From: an uncultured virus (IMG/VR IMGVR_UViG_3300031539_000016)
Taxonomy: Duplodnaviria > Heunggongvirae > Uroviricota > Caudoviricetes
Direction: 5' to 3' (one strand)
Virus record (IMG/VR): IMGVR_UViG_3300031539_000016
DNA: 64,000 bases
Each line of letters starts with the position of its first letter. The stretch's first letter is position 1. Position numbers and translations under genes: made by a program. Under the pieces are notes generated by a model. That model saw nothing but the letters and a program-made list of their open reading frames with translations, was not told the origin of the DNA and made no database searches. This document shows, piece by piece, positions 50,109 to 60,757 of the stretch.

Positions 50109-50576
50109 ATGAACGGATACGTAAAAAATAAAAGCATGGCGTGGTGTCATGCAATGAAAAGATCGATTGGACCAGGACATCAAATTGCTTTAGATGAATT
50201 ATTCGAGCAGTACGGTAATAAACATGATTTAAAAGAGGGCGAACCTTTTGTTAAATGGCTTCGTGATATTAAATTAAGGGATAAAGATATTTGGGAAATT
50301 GTATTTGTAGATGGTGTTGAAAAAGATGAACAAGTAGAAGTAGATACAAAAAAAAGACAAGCTGCGGAAATGGTAGTGCCTCTAGTTAAAAAAGAGAAGG
50401 AAGTATCTGATGTAGTTCAGATGTCTGTTAGAACAGCTAGAGCTGACTTGAAAAAAATAACTGATATTAATCTTCTTAAATATGCTTTGAAAGAAGCCAA
50501 CCAACTAGCGAATAAAGATACTTTAGTAAGAATGTTAAGAAGGCGGATTAGTGAGTTAGAGATTACTAGGAGGTAA
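50109..50576 (+). CDS. hypothetical protein in the structural module
   Basis: 155-aa ORF with SD. Confidence 0.6.
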   Translation: MNGYVKNKSMAWCHAMKRSIGPGHQIALDELFEQYGNKHDLKEGEPFVKWLRDIKLRDKDIWEIVFVDGVEKDEQVEVDTKKRQAAEMVVPLVKKEKEVSDVVQMSVRTARADLKKITDINLLKYALKEANQLANKDTLVRMLRRRISELEITRR

Positions 50577-50870
50577 AATAAATGCCTTTTGTACCTAAGA
50601 CTTATGATAGAAATTTAAGATCCCCTAAATTTTATAGCACCGCGTCATCAGGAAAAGAAGCATATAATCCCACAATTACTATTTATTATGGATCTGATGA
50701 TAGCGTAGTTAGAATAGTGGAAGAATGGCGGGGTGAAATATGGGCTCAAACTATTTCTGGATCAGCTTATGTTCAGCAGTGGCCTAATTATACTTATACT
50801 GAAACATATAATCCATGGGCTACTGTTTCTGGTTAAAATGCGTATAATTTTAAATAGGTGGTAGTAACTG

Positions 50871-52283
50871 ATGCCGTTTAGATATAACCCGTTTGGTAAA
50901 AAATTGGATTATTACGGTAGTATTGCTACGCATACTCATTTATCTAGCAGTATAACTGATTTTACTGAAGCTTCAGAGGATGCTGTTGGAAATACTGTTA
51001 TTGGTACAGGTGCAGTAACTGTATATTATGACGATGTTAATAATATACTAACTATTTCTGGTACTACTGTTAGTGGATATGGCCCACCCACAGACCATGC
51101 TGCTTTAGGTAATTTAGATTATGCTCATGCTAATCATACAGGATTTCAACCAGCCGGTAATTATGCTACTAATACTCAACTAGTTACTACAAGTGGAATA
51201 TTAAGCTTAGAAATTGATAGTGATATTTCTACTCATGAGTCTGGATCTTCACATGATTCAAGATACTACACAGAAGCAGAAGTAGACGCTTTAACCTGGA
51301 CTGAGTCTGATATCACTGATTTAGATAAATATACTCAAGCTGAAGTTACTACTATTTCTGGAGATTTAAGCTCAGAAATTGATAGTGATATTTTGGCTCA
51401 TGCGGCTGACCACACTCAATATTTACTAATAGATGGTTCTCGAGCTCTTACCTCAGCTTGGGATTATGGATCTCAAACTATTAGTGGTACTGGCGATATG
51501 TATACGACCGTACTTCATATTGCTGAAACAACTACGCCTACAGCAATACCAAACCATGGGGCAGTCTATACTAAATCAGATAATACTTTATATTTTCAAG
51601 ACGGCGCGGGGGTTGAAAGAGCGCTTATTGAATCTGAATCTAATACTGGAGAAATGTATAAGCTTGAAAATTCTACAGCAGTTGTTGTGGAAACAGCTAA
51701 TAAGCCTATTATGTCCTTTGGTTATACTCCGGGAATACTTAATAATATAACCTATACAGCAGGAAAAACTAGTGGAAACTCAAATGCTATAACTGCATTT
51801 GCCAATTATGGTGGTACTGTACCAGGGACAGTGTTAGTTACGGACGCTACTCATGGATTATCCACTGGAGATATTATTTCAATACGAGGAGCAACGACTG
51901 CGGCTCATAATGGCGTATTTCAGATTACTGTTGTTAGCCCCAATACTTTTTATATTACGACTACTTGGGGAGTTACTTCTACTGGTGATTGGGAGGTAGG
52001 CGGTCATTTCACTGTTCCGCTGACAGCTCTTTATAAAGCAATGTTTAATATTACATTATATATTAACACTGCTCAGACTATACATGCTTATTTATATGTT
52101 AATACTACTAAAGTAAGTAAAACTACTATTGCAAACACATATGCAAATAATACTCTTAGGCCCATGACGGGAGGTGGAATTCTATCACTAACAGCGGGTG
52201 ATAGAGTGTATCTTGCGTTAGAATCTACTGGTGTAAGCGGGTATCAAATGAGAAACGCTAATTTTATTTTATATAGAATATAA
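50871..52283 (+). CDS. putative fibre/appendage structural protein
   Basis: Thr/Gly-rich; HDSRYYTEAEVD and EIDSDI repeats; THGLSTGD module; C1q/TNF-like C-terminal pattern. Confidence 0.6.
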   Translation: MPFRYNPFGKKLDYYGSIATHTHLSSSITDFTEASEDAVGNTVIGTGAVTVYYDDVNNILTISGTTVSGYGPPTDHAALGNLDYAHANHTGFQPAGNYATNTQLVTTSGILSLEIDSDISTHESGSSHDSRYYTEAEVDALTWTESDITDLDKYTQAEVTTISGDLSSEIDSDILAHAADHTQYLLIDGSRALTSAWDYGSQTISGTGDMYTTVLHIAETTTPTAIPNHGAVYTKSDNTLYFQDGAGVERALIESESNTGEMYKLENSTAVVVETANKPIMSFGYTPGILNNITYTAGKTSGNSNAITAFANYGGTVPGTVLVTDATHGLSTGDIISIRGATTAAHNGVFQITVVSPNTFYITTTWGVTSTGDWEVGGHFTVPLTALYKAMFNITLYINTAQTIHAYLYVNTTKVSKTTIANTYANNTLRPMTGGGILSLTAGDRVYLALESTGVSGYQMRNANFILYRI

Positions 52284-52366
52284 ACATATATAATGAGAAT
52301 AGTAAATTTTTAGGGAATAAAATATAATACATCTGATTATACAGGTATGAAACAAGGGAATATTAT

Positions 52367-53461
52367 ATGAAAAGACTTACATATGAATTTATAAAAGGCC
52401 GGTTTGAAAAAGAGGGTTACGAATTGTTGAGTGGAGAGTATGTAAACGCCCATAAAAAGTTGAAATGTAGGTGTAATAAAGGACATGTAAGATGTATTGC
52501 TTATAATGATTTTAAAAGAGGCAATAAGTGTGCTGTTTGTTCGTATGAAGATATGGCATCCAAACGAAGATTAGATTCGAATTATATAATTAATTCATTC
52601 AAAAAAGAGGGGTATGTATTACTACCATTTAATTATAAAAACTGTTCCCAAAAATTATATTATATTTGCCCGCAAAGACACAGACATTGTATATCATGGG
52701 CTAGTTGGCAGCAAGGTAGTAGATGTCCATATTGTAATGGTAGACCAGTTATTACCATAGATATAGTTAGGAAATCGTTTGAAAAAGAAGGGTATCAATT
52801 ATTAACTAAAGAATATATAAATAACAAGCAGAAGTTGGAATATATTTGTACTAATGGTCATAAGCATAGTATATATTGGAGTAGTTGGCGACAAGGCCAA
52901 AGATGTCCTTATTGTGCGGGGCTAATTAAGCCGGTAATAGAATTTATTAGGTCAGAATTTGAGAAAGAGGGTTATGTGCTTTTAACTAAAAAATATATAA
53001 ATGCTCATCATACGTTGTTTTATATTTGTTCAGAAGGGCATGAGCATGTTATTAGCTGGAGCGATTGGCAACAAGGTAGAAGATGTCCAACGTGCGCCAT
53101 TATAAATAACTCTGGCAAAAACCATTATAACTGGAAAGGCGGTATTTCTTGTGAGCCTTATTGTGATGTTTGGTTAGACAAAGAATTCAAAAAATCTATT
53201 TTAGAACGAGATAATTATCAGTGCCAGAACCCAGATTGCTGGCAAACTAGTAAAAGATTAACTATACACCACATTGATTATAATAAGAAAAATTGTAGAC
53301 CAAAAAATTTAATTACATTGTGCGTTTCTTGTAATGTTAGAGCAAATAAAAACAGAAATTATTGGCGGGGATTTTATAATACTATTTTATATAAAAAAGC
53401 TATGCTATTTGTACATTCAAAAGAACTGAAGCCCAAAATGAAAGCCAGTAGTGAGGAATAA
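52367..53461 (+). CDS. HNH homing endonuclease with four zinc-ribbon repeats
   Basis: four F.KEGY.LL...C..GH/RH...G.RC repeats; IHHIDY...NLITLCVSCN. Confidence 0.85.
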   Translation: MKRLTYEFIKGRFEKEGYELLSGEYVNAHKKLKCRCNKGHVRCIAYNDFKRGNKCAVCSYEDMASKRRLDSNYIINSFKKEGYVLLPFNYKNCSQKLYYICPQRHRHCISWASWQQGSRCPYCNGRPVITIDIVRKSFEKEGYQLLTKEYINNKQKLEYICTNGHKHSIYWSSWRQGQRCPYCAGLIKPVIEFIRSEFEKEGYVLLTKKYINAHHTLFYICSEGHEHVISWSDWQQGRRCPTCAIINNSGKNHYNWKGGISCEPYCDVWLDKEFKKSILERDNYQCQNPDCWQTSKRLTIHHIDYNKKNCRPKNLITLCVSCNVRANKNRNYWRGFYNTILYKKAMLFVHSKELKPKMKASSEE

Positions 53462-53464
53462 ATT

Positions 53465-54349
53465 ATGATACAACTAACTATTTATGTGTCCGATATTGCT
53501 GATGTAATGTCGGTATTTAGTCATATTAGGCTTTATACGTCTAGTTCTGAAACTGGTACTTACGCACATCTAGCTTATGTACCTTTAGTTGCCGGACAGT
53601 CGACCTATACATATATACATGCTACTGGTACATCTGATACATGGTATAAATCTTCATATTGGTCAGTATCCACAGAAAGTAGCTTATCCAGTGCTGTGCA
53701 AGGATCATGTCCTGAACTTTATCATTATCCCACATACCCCACTGAAGTTGAATTTACTAGTTCTGAAAAAGTTATAATAAGAAAAATCAGGCGGTATATA
53801 GGCGATTTTAAAGGGGTGGGTAGATTATATATAAGCGATGCTGATGACGGATGTTCTACAGTTCAAGATGATAACCAGACCGTAGATCTTGAAAAAACAG
53901 GCTGGCCAGTTTATATAGTTTTAAATGATACAGAAAAAACTTCTTTATTTGATCCAATAGTACAAGGATATCAATATTTAACCTTTAGTGGTACAATTGG
54001 AGATGCAGATTATCCAATTGATATATGGTATTATACTTTCAAATTTTCTGATAGACAAATATATGAGGCATATAGCGACGCTATACTCCCCGCATTCGTT
54101 TCTTCTGATTGTGTAACTACAGCTCATTTGACATTACAAGCTGCTATAGATTTATTAGAAAGTATGACAGCAGAAGATATGGTAGATAATGGTGCTATGG
54201 TTAGAGATGGCTTAACCATGTATGATCCAGAACCAGGATTGAGAGAAAGGGGTAATTTTATAGGGCGTCTTCAAAAGCAACTGGATAGTTTAATAAAAGA
54301 ATGTATAAAAAGTGGTATGCTGGGATTAGGAGGAGTATTAATCGATTAA
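53465..54349 (+). CDS. putative virion structural / head-completion protein
   Basis: IRRYIGD and FSD..I motifs reminiscent of head-tail adaptors; position. Confidence 0.45.
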   Translation: MIQLTIYVSDIADVMSVFSHIRLYTSSSETGTYAHLAYVPLVAGQSTYTYIHATGTSDTWYKSSYWSVSTESSLSSAVQGSCPELYHYPTYPTEVEFTSSEKVIIRKIRRYIGDFKGVGRLYISDADDGCSTVQDDNQTVDLEKTGWPVYIVLNDTEKTSLFDPIVQGYQYLTFSGTIGDADYPIDIWYYTFKFSDRQIYEAYSDAILPAFVSSDCVTTAHLTLQAAIDLLESMTAEDMVDNGAMVRDGLTMYDPEPGLRERGNFIGRLQKQLDSLIKECIKSGMLGLGGVLID

Positions 54350-54649
54350 TATATTTAAGGATAAGTAAATGGAAAAGGAAGGGAATGAATATGAAAGAAG
54401 CCAAAAAGAAAGATCGGCAAAAAAGAATTTTAAAGGAAAGAAATGTAGGACGGGATAAAAAAATGGTAAAGTGTCCATTTTGTTATGATAATGATAAAAC
54501 CTATTTAAATAGAAATAAAATAGTGGAGCACTTAATTGTGACAAAAGACTCAACACAACATTTTCATGTACACGGGCCTATCAGTAATACGGAATTAATG
54601 AAAGATTTTATTTTGATGATAGCTAAGGAGGCCAACATTGAAATTGAAA

Positions 54650-57055
54650 ATGAAGGATAAAACTGAACTTAATAATTGTGTGCCCACCGAGGGTGCTGTT
54701 GAGTCTACTGTAGATGTCAATGTAGATAGTATTAATCAACGTAAAATAGTTTTTAAACACGGTAGAGCCATAGGCGATGCTCTCATGTTCACAGCGGGAA
54801 TAAGGGATTTTAAGTTGTTGTTTCCGTATATTCAGGTGAATGTGGAGAGCAATTTTTTGGCCTTGTGGGACGATAACCCTTTTCTCAGTAGAGATATAAA
54901 AAAAGGTGATCCTGGTGTAGAATTTTATAAAGTAGGCTATCCTATTATTAATAACTGTAATAATTCATACATGCATTTTACAGAAGGATTTTTATATAAC
55001 ATGATAGCTGTTGCGGACGCTCATGAGAGATTACCTATGAGTATTGGCGAATTTGCCTCAGTTTTTTCTGGCGGCGAAGTTGGTGACTACGATTTGGGTA
55101 AAGCCGATGGGGATATTGAAGGACCTACAACTTTAAAAGCTTTGCAAAAAAAATATGGTACAAGAAGGCACCAGGGAGGACTTACCCATCTACCTAAACA
55201 TTTACAAGATGTATTTGGTAAACAAGACAAACTTTCATCTATTTTTGGTAGACAGAGAGCTGACATTTATTTAACTGAGAAAGAGAAGTCTTACAGTTTA
55301 GTAAAGGATTTACATGGAGAATATGTTAAGTATTGGGTGGTAGCTCCTGGCGGAAAATCTGATTGTACATGCAAGATTTGGGATTGGCGAAAGTTTCAAG
55401 ATGTTATAGATTATTTTGATGGTATGATTAAATTTGTAATAGTTGGTAAAAGTGATCATATAGTAGAGAAATTGAAAGGCGTTATAGATTTAACTGACAA
55501 ATTTAATGATGATATTCGTGGATTGGTAAGTTTAGTTTACCATTCAGAAGGATGTGTAAGTAGTGTGTCTTTTCTTATGCATTTAGCTGCTGCTGTGCCT
55601 CCTAGATTTAAACAAGAAAGAAAACCTTGTGTAGCTATTTATGGCGGTCGTGAACCAACATCTTTTACTGCTTATTGTAATCATCAAGTGTTACATACCA
55701 ACGGAGCTTTCAGCTGTTGTGATAATGGCGGCTGTTGGCATTCAAGGGTTATTCCTTTACCAACAAATACTAAAAGAAATATGAGATTTTGTAATAAGCC
55801 TATAGAGGTAGAAGGTAGAACTGTACCTGAATGTATGAATTCAATTACCGCGCAAGATGTTATACGGGGTATAGAAAAATATTATGATGGTGATGTTTAT
55901 AAATATATGCACCCCGTTACTACTAAGAAGAAAGCGGTGAGTATTATAGAAATGCCTACTCCAAAAACATCAGATAAAGAGATAAATGTTTTGGCTTCTT
56001 TAAGCTCTAAAGGTGGGGGCGAACAATCTGCTTGTAAGATAGTAGAGTTACTTAGAAAGAATGGCTGGAAAGTTAATTTTCATCCGTGGGATAAAGTTCA
56101 TAAAAATTATTTAGAAGAGAAGTTTGATATAAGTGAATATTCTTTTAAGGGCGAAATGGAAAGCCGCATGGTTACTGGCATTCCTTTATTATTTTACGCT
56201 AATGATCAAATAGGAGCTTTTTGTAAAGAAGCTGAATCTATAGTTGAAAAGAGCTCAGCTCTTATAGTGGGAATCAACTATATTAACAATGAACTTCCTA
56301 AATGCCGGTGGCTAGATAAGACTAATAAATTAAAAGCTGTGATATTTCAAAACACAGAAAAGAAAGACGAGTTTGAGAGAGATAGAATAGGATTTGAAAA
56401 CACTAAGCAGATAGTACTTTTTGGTGCTATAGATTTGAATAAGTTTATTGAAGTGTGCCCTAATAAGAGGGAAAAGAAGGATGAGCCTTTAGTTATTTTG
56501 AAACACTGTGTTGGAGATTATAGAAAATATGTTACAGAGGAATCTGTTAGCAAAGGATCTAAGATACATCTTTGGCAGAAGAAATTTTTTAAGGAAACCG
56601 ATGTTAAGTTTTATGGCAGAATGCTAAAAGATGTTAAGAACGCACAATTTGAATTTATGGAAGCTCATAAAGAATTAGTAGAAGCTTTTAAAGATGAACC
56701 TCGTATGGTATTTCATAAATGGAATTCTATGGATGTAGGAGAGTTTTTAGCTAGAGGTCATATTTATCTTTATAGAACATCTAATCTTTGGAGGGATCAG
56801 TATCCAAGAGTAGTGGCTGAAGCTTTAACTGCTGGTTTACCTGTACTAAGTGAGCCTAGAGACGGTACTAGAGATAGAATAGTGCATGGTATTACTGGAT
56901 TTTATTGTTGTCATTATGACGAGTTTTTATTGAATGTAAAAACTCTAAATAGAAAAACAGATTTGTGCTATGAAATGGGAAACGCTGCTAAGCAATGGGC
57001 TAAAAAGAATTTAGACCCGGAAAAGTGGATAGGGGTGATTGAAGAAGTTTTATAA
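54650..57055 (+). CDS. two-domain glycosyltransferase (GT9 heptosyltransferase-like plus GT-B/GT4-like)
   Basis: AIGDALMFT, PGGKSD..CKIW, SFLMHLAAA; then GGGEQS and YPRVVAEALTAGLPVL...HGITGF. Confidence 0.85.
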   Translation: MKDKTELNNCVPTEGAVESTVDVNVDSINQRKIVFKHGRAIGDALMFTAGIRDFKLLFPYIQVNVESNFLALWDDNPFLSRDIKKGDPGVEFYKVGYPIINNCNNSYMHFTEGFLYNMIAVADAHERLPMSIGEFASVFSGGEVGDYDLGKADGDIEGPTTLKALQKKYGTRRHQGGLTHLPKHLQDVFGKQDKLSSIFGRQRADIYLTEKEKSYSLVKDLHGEYVKYWVVAPGGKSDCTCKIWDWRKFQDVIDYFDGMIKFVIVGKSDHIVEKLKGVIDLTDKFNDDIRGLVSLVYHSEGCVSSVSFLMHLAAAVPPRFKQERKPCVAIYGGREPTSFTAYCNHQVLHTNGAFSCCDNGGCWHSRVIPLPTNTKRNMRFCNKPIEVEGRTVPECMNSITAQDVIRGIEKYYDGDVYKYMHPVTTKKKAVSIIEMPTPKTSDKEINVLASLSSKGGGEQSACKIVELLRKNGWKVNFHPWDKVHKNYLEEKFDISEYSFKGEMESRMVTGIPLLFYANDQIGAFCKEAESIVEKSSALIVGINYINNELPKCRWLDKTNKLKAVIFQNTEKKDEFERDRIGFENTKQIVLFGAIDLNKFIEVCPNKREKKDEPLVILKHCVGDYRKYVTEESVSKGSKIHLWQKKFFKETDVKFYGRMLKDVKNAQFEFMEAHKELVEAFKDEPRMVFHKWNSMDVGEFLARGHIYLYRTSNLWRDQYPRVVAEALTAGLPVLSEPRDGTRDRIVHGITGFYCCHYDEFLLNVKTLNRKTDLCYEMGNAAKQWAKKNLDPEKWIGVIEEVL

Positions 57056-57087
57056 TAATTAAGAGTCTAAGTAATGGAGATAGAACA

Positions 57088-57648
57088 GTGGGTTTCAGAG
57101 ATGGTATATTAGTAGAATTAATTAAAGAAGCGCAAGCTGAGTATATAGCTGAGATCGGTGTAGGCAAGGGAAGAACTACTAGATCAATTTTAAGATCTGA
57201 ATGTAGTGCTATAGTTAAAGAGTACTGGGCTGTGGATCCTTGGAGCACAGTGTATTCAAGAGATTTTAGGATTAGAGGTACGCAACAGGATGTTTTTGAT
57301 AAACGAGCGTGGAATGTGTATAAGTACATGTGTTTTTTTCCACAACTTAAAATAGTTAGAATGCCTTCTGTCGAGGCCGCAAAACTTTTTTTGAACTATG
57401 AAAGACATGTTGAAGGAAAGTATTTTGATATTGTTTTTATAGATGCAGAGCATGATTATGATAATGTGAAAAAAGACATATTGGCATGGCACCCTTTAAT
57501 AAAAGAAGGCGGAATTATATGCGGCCATGATTATGCTTCTAGAGAGAAAGGCGTAATAAAAGCCGTCAATGAGATATACGGTGTGGACAATATAGAAGTT
57601 ATACGCCCGGGGTCTGTTTGGGTTAAAAAGGTGGAAAACAATAGATGA
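57088..57648 (+). CDS. class I SAM methyltransferase (Methyltransf_24-like)
   Basis: AEIGV..G, WAVDPW, FDIVFIDAEH, GGIICGHDY. Confidence 0.88.
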   Translation: MGFRDGILVELIKEAQAEYIAEIGVGKGRTTRSILRSECSAIVKEYWAVDPWSTVYSRDFRIRGTQQDVFDKRAWNVYKYMCFFPQLKIVRMPSVEAAKLFLNYERHVEGKYFDIVFIDAEHDYDNVKKDILAWHPLIKEGGIICGHDYASREKGVIKAVNEIYGVDNIEVIRPGSVWVKKVENNR

Positions 57649-58562
57649 GAATACTTTTGTTAGGCCCCTCATTAATAAAAAAAAGAAATATATGCTGGGA
57701 GCTTTTTAGAAGGGATCTTGGTAGATTGCATGATGTTATATATTATGGGGACGGGTATGTTGTAGGATATGATTACACGATATCTATACCTGAAGTGCTT
57801 AATAGATACCAAACACCGGACATAATACTATTACATTTACCTTGTGGTTATAAATTTTTATCAGGGTTAGAGAATGTAAAAAACATTCCTAAAGTTTTGA
57901 TACTAGGTGATTATTTCCCAGGCTCAGAATATAAATCTGATGAATTTATGAAAAAGTATAAATTTGATATGGTGTTTGGAGATCAAGGTCAAATATGTGA
58001 TAGAGTTAGAAGTAAAAACCTTTGTGCTTCTACAGAATTTTTTCATTATAGTATTGCTATGGATTTTTTCTATGATATGGAATTTCCCAGAGAATTTGAT
58101 GTGATGGCAACTTTTGCATCTAGTGGGTATATATATCCAGTAAGGCGTGCAATACGGGAAGCTCTTTATACTGAAAACAGAATAAAATCATTTATGGGCA
58201 AAGTAATTCATAAAGACTATGTTGAGTATATTAATAGATCTAAAATGTTTATTAGTGCTAAGAGAAATGAGTCTAGCAATGTATTATGGAAATTTCAAGA
58301 AGCCATGTCATGTGGGACTATGTTACTTACTACTATGCCAGATAATTTAGATGAGTACGGGTATGAACCTGATAAACATCTAGTTGTATATGATGATGTG
58401 TCTGACATGATAGATAAAATATTGTATTATAAAGAAAATGAAGATAAACGAATTAGTATAGCGAATAATGGAATGAAATTTGTTAAGCAGAGTTATAATA
58501 ATGAAGTTGTTATTGCCAAAATTACTAAAAAGATTAGTAACTTTTTAAATATAAAGGATTAG
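57645..58562 (+). CDS. glycosyltransferase (CgeB / Glyco_trans_1_2-like)
   Basis: YINRSKM, KFQEAMSCGTMLLT, YYKENED.R..IA.NG. Confidence 0.85.
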   Translation: MRILLLGPSLIKKRNICWELFRRDLGRLHDVIYYGDGYVVGYDYTISIPEVLNRYQTPDIILLHLPCGYKFLSGLENVKNIPKVLILGDYFPGSEYKSDEFMKKYKFDMVFGDQGQICDRVRSKNLCASTEFFHYSIAMDFFYDMEFPREFDVMATFASSGYIYPVRRAIREALYTENRIKSFMGKVIHKDYVEYINRSKMFISAKRNESSNVLWKFQEAMSCGTMLLTTMPDNLDEYGYEPDKHLVVYDDVSDMIDKILYYKENEDKRISIANNGMKFVKQSYNNEVVIAKITKKISNFLNIKD

Positions 58563-58565
58563 ACT

Positions 58566-59126
58566 ATGCGTGATCATGGAAGATGGTTGAAGAAAGTAAT
58601 AGAGGATTCGAATGGATCTATAAGTAAAATAGCTGAAATAGGTGTGTTTAAAGGAGATCTTTGTAAGAGTATACTGAGAACATGCCATGATCTTATATCT
58701 GAGTATTGGGCTATAGATCATTGGGATCATATAGAAGATGGGCATAGGCATATGATGGGCGGAAAATGGGTAGAGACAGATTGGGATAGGACGTATATGT
58801 ATGTTTGTAGATTGATGAGGTTTTTTCCAAAATTACACGTTGTTCGTGCTACATCAATAGAAGGATCTAAAGTATTTCCAGATGGGTATTTTGATCTGGT
58901 TTTTATAGATGCTGATCATTGGTATTATAATGCTATAGCTGACATCAAAGCCTGGTATCCATTAGTAAGATCTGGTGGTATAATGAGCGGACATGACTAT
59001 TTAGATGATGAACCTAGAGGATATGGGGTACAAACAGCTGTTAATGAATTTTTTGCAGGAAAAGAGGTAGAAATAGTAGGCGGCGAATCTAAAGTTGAAG
59101 CTGTGTGGGCACATAATAAAAAATAA
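58566..59126 (+). CDS. class I SAM methyltransferase (Methyltransf_24-like)
   Basis: AEIGVFKG, YWAIDHW, FDLVFIDADH, GGIMSGHDY. Confidence 0.88.
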   Translation: MRDHGRWLKKVIEDSNGSISKIAEIGVFKGDLCKSILRTCHDLISEYWAIDHWDHIEDGHRHMMGGKWVETDWDRTYMYVCRLMRFFPKLHVVRATSIEGSKVFPDGYFDLVFIDADHWYYNAIADIKAWYPLVRSGGIMSGHDYLDDEPRGYGVQTAVNEFFAGKEVEIVGGESKVEAVWAHNKK

Positions 59127-59150
59127 CTTTTAAAAATTAGGAGTTTTTAA

Positions 59151-59708
59151 ATGGCTAGGCGGCAAGATTGGATAATAATTGAACGATTGGGGGATATTAT
59201 TTTAAGAAATGTTGATGGGCATATATTTGAGATAGGGGTTGGGTTTTCAACTCCTATCCTTAGTAACCTAGCATCTGATTTTGATAGAAATCTTTATTGC
59301 TTTGAGACTAGTGAAAAAATGTGTAATTTGGCAAAGGCGTTTGGTGCTACGGTGTTTCAAGGAAAGTCCTTGGCTAATATTGAAAAACTTTCAGAAACTA
59401 CTATAGCTATGGGTTTAATTGATGGAAGGCATAGAGCTGGTACGGTGAGAGCTGAGATTTCTTTTTTTCTGAAGAGATTATCGACTGGTGGAGTAATTTT
59501 TTTGCATGATACTTATAGTTGTAAATCACCGATTTTAAAATCAGCTAAAAATTTTACAGAAAAAATGATAGGTGATGTTTATAAAATTAGAAAGGAATTA
59601 GAGTCTTTGGATACTATACAAATTTTTACATGGCCATATACAGCTATGAATTGTGGTCTAAGTATGGTAATGAAAATGGATCCAGACAGACCCTATTATG
59701 AAATGTAA
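59151..59708 (+). CDS. class I SAM methyltransferase
   Basis: FEIGVGFST, LIDGRH, GGVIFLHD. Confidence 0.8.
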   Translation: MARRQDWIIIERLGDIILRNVDGHIFEIGVGFSTPILSNLASDFDRNLYCFETSEKMCNLAKAFGATVFQGKSLANIEKLSETTIAMGLIDGRHRAGTVRAEISFFLKRLSTGGVIFLHDTYSCKSPILKSAKNFTEKMIGDVYKIRKELESLDTIQIFTWPYTAMNCGLSMVMKMDPDRPYYEM

Positions 59709-60214
59709 TGAAACTTTGGGTACCTTTAATAAATCTTATAAAAGAAGAGAATTTTAAGAAGGTTGCAGAAATAGGTGTTCATAAAGGTGTAACAACTGCA
59801 CATATATTTGATTCATGTGGCGATGTAATTGAAGAATATTGGGCTATTGATCCTTTTGTTCCTTATGAACAGATGAGAGCCGATTGGGACGAGTTGTATA
59901 AAAATATTTGTTCTGGTATGATTAAGTATCCCAAACTAAAAGCTTTAAGACTCAAATCAGCTGAAGCTGCTGAATTATTTCCAGAACAATATTTTGATCT
60001 AGTTTTTATAGACGCTGATCATTCTTATGATGCTATTAAAGAAGATATACGTTTGTGGAAGCCTTTAGTTAGAAAAGGCGGTATACTTTCTGGCCATGAC
60101 TATAAAGCTGGCGGGAAATTTCCATTTTGGGGGGTTAAAACAGCAGTAGATGAAATATTTGAGCCCGAAGAAATAGAAACTCTTCCTTGTAGAATTTTTG
60201 TAGTGAGGGTATAA
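59708..60214 (+). CDS. class I SAM methyltransferase (Methyltransf_24-like)
   Basis: AEIGVHKG, YWAIDPF, FDLVFIDADHSY, GGILSGHDY. Confidence 0.88.
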   Translation: MKLWVPLINLIKEENFKKVAEIGVHKGVTTAHIFDSCGDVIEEYWAIDPFVPYEQMRADWDELYKNICSGMIKYPKLKALRLKSAEAAELFPEQYFDLVFIDADHSYDAIKEDIRLWKPLVRKGGILSGHDYKAGGKFPFWGVKTAVDEIFEPEEIETLPCRIFVVRV

Positions 60215-60215
60215 G

Positions 60216-60743
60216 ATGAAAGCTGTACGCAAAAATCAGGGTCAAGTATTAATAGATCTTTTGAGGAGCTTAGATAGAAACGATTTAAAAATTGCAGAGT
60301 TGGGAGTTTGGAAATCTCACACTGTTAAACGGGTTTTGAGATCGTGCGGCGACATTATTTCTCAGTATTGGGCAATTGATTTTTGGCAATTTACTAATCA
60401 TTGGACCTATAGACATATCCCCACCGAAAGATGGCAGCAACTTTATTTTCATGCGTGTAGATTAATGCGTTGGTTTCCGCAGTTAAATGTTGTGAGAATG
60501 TTATCCACTGAAGCGTCTAAACTATTTCCAGAGCAATATTTTGATCTAGTTTTTATAGACGCCAATCATGTTTATGAGTTTGTTTTGAATGATATAAAGG
60601 ATTGGCTTCCATTAATTAAAGATGGTGGATTGTTAACAGGGCATGATTATGGAGGAAAAAAGGTTGGTGTTAAACAAGCAGTTGATGAATGTTTTGATGA
60701 TGTTGAGATATATGATGCTGGGGTATGGGTAAAAAAGAAATAG
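60216..60743 (+). CDS. class I SAM methyltransferase (Methyltransf_24-like)
   Basis: AELGVWK, YWAIDFW, FDLVFIDANH, GGLLTGHDY. Confidence 0.88.
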   Translation: MKAVRKNQGQVLIDLLRSLDRNDLKIAELGVWKSHTVKRVLRSCGDIISQYWAIDFWQFTNHWTYRHIPTERWQQLYFHACRLMRWFPQLNVVRMLSTEASKLFPEQYFDLVFIDANHVYEFVLNDIKDWLPLIKDGGLLTGHDYGGKKVGVKQAVDECFDDVEIYDAGVWVKKK

Positions 60744-60757
60744 GGGGATATTTATAG

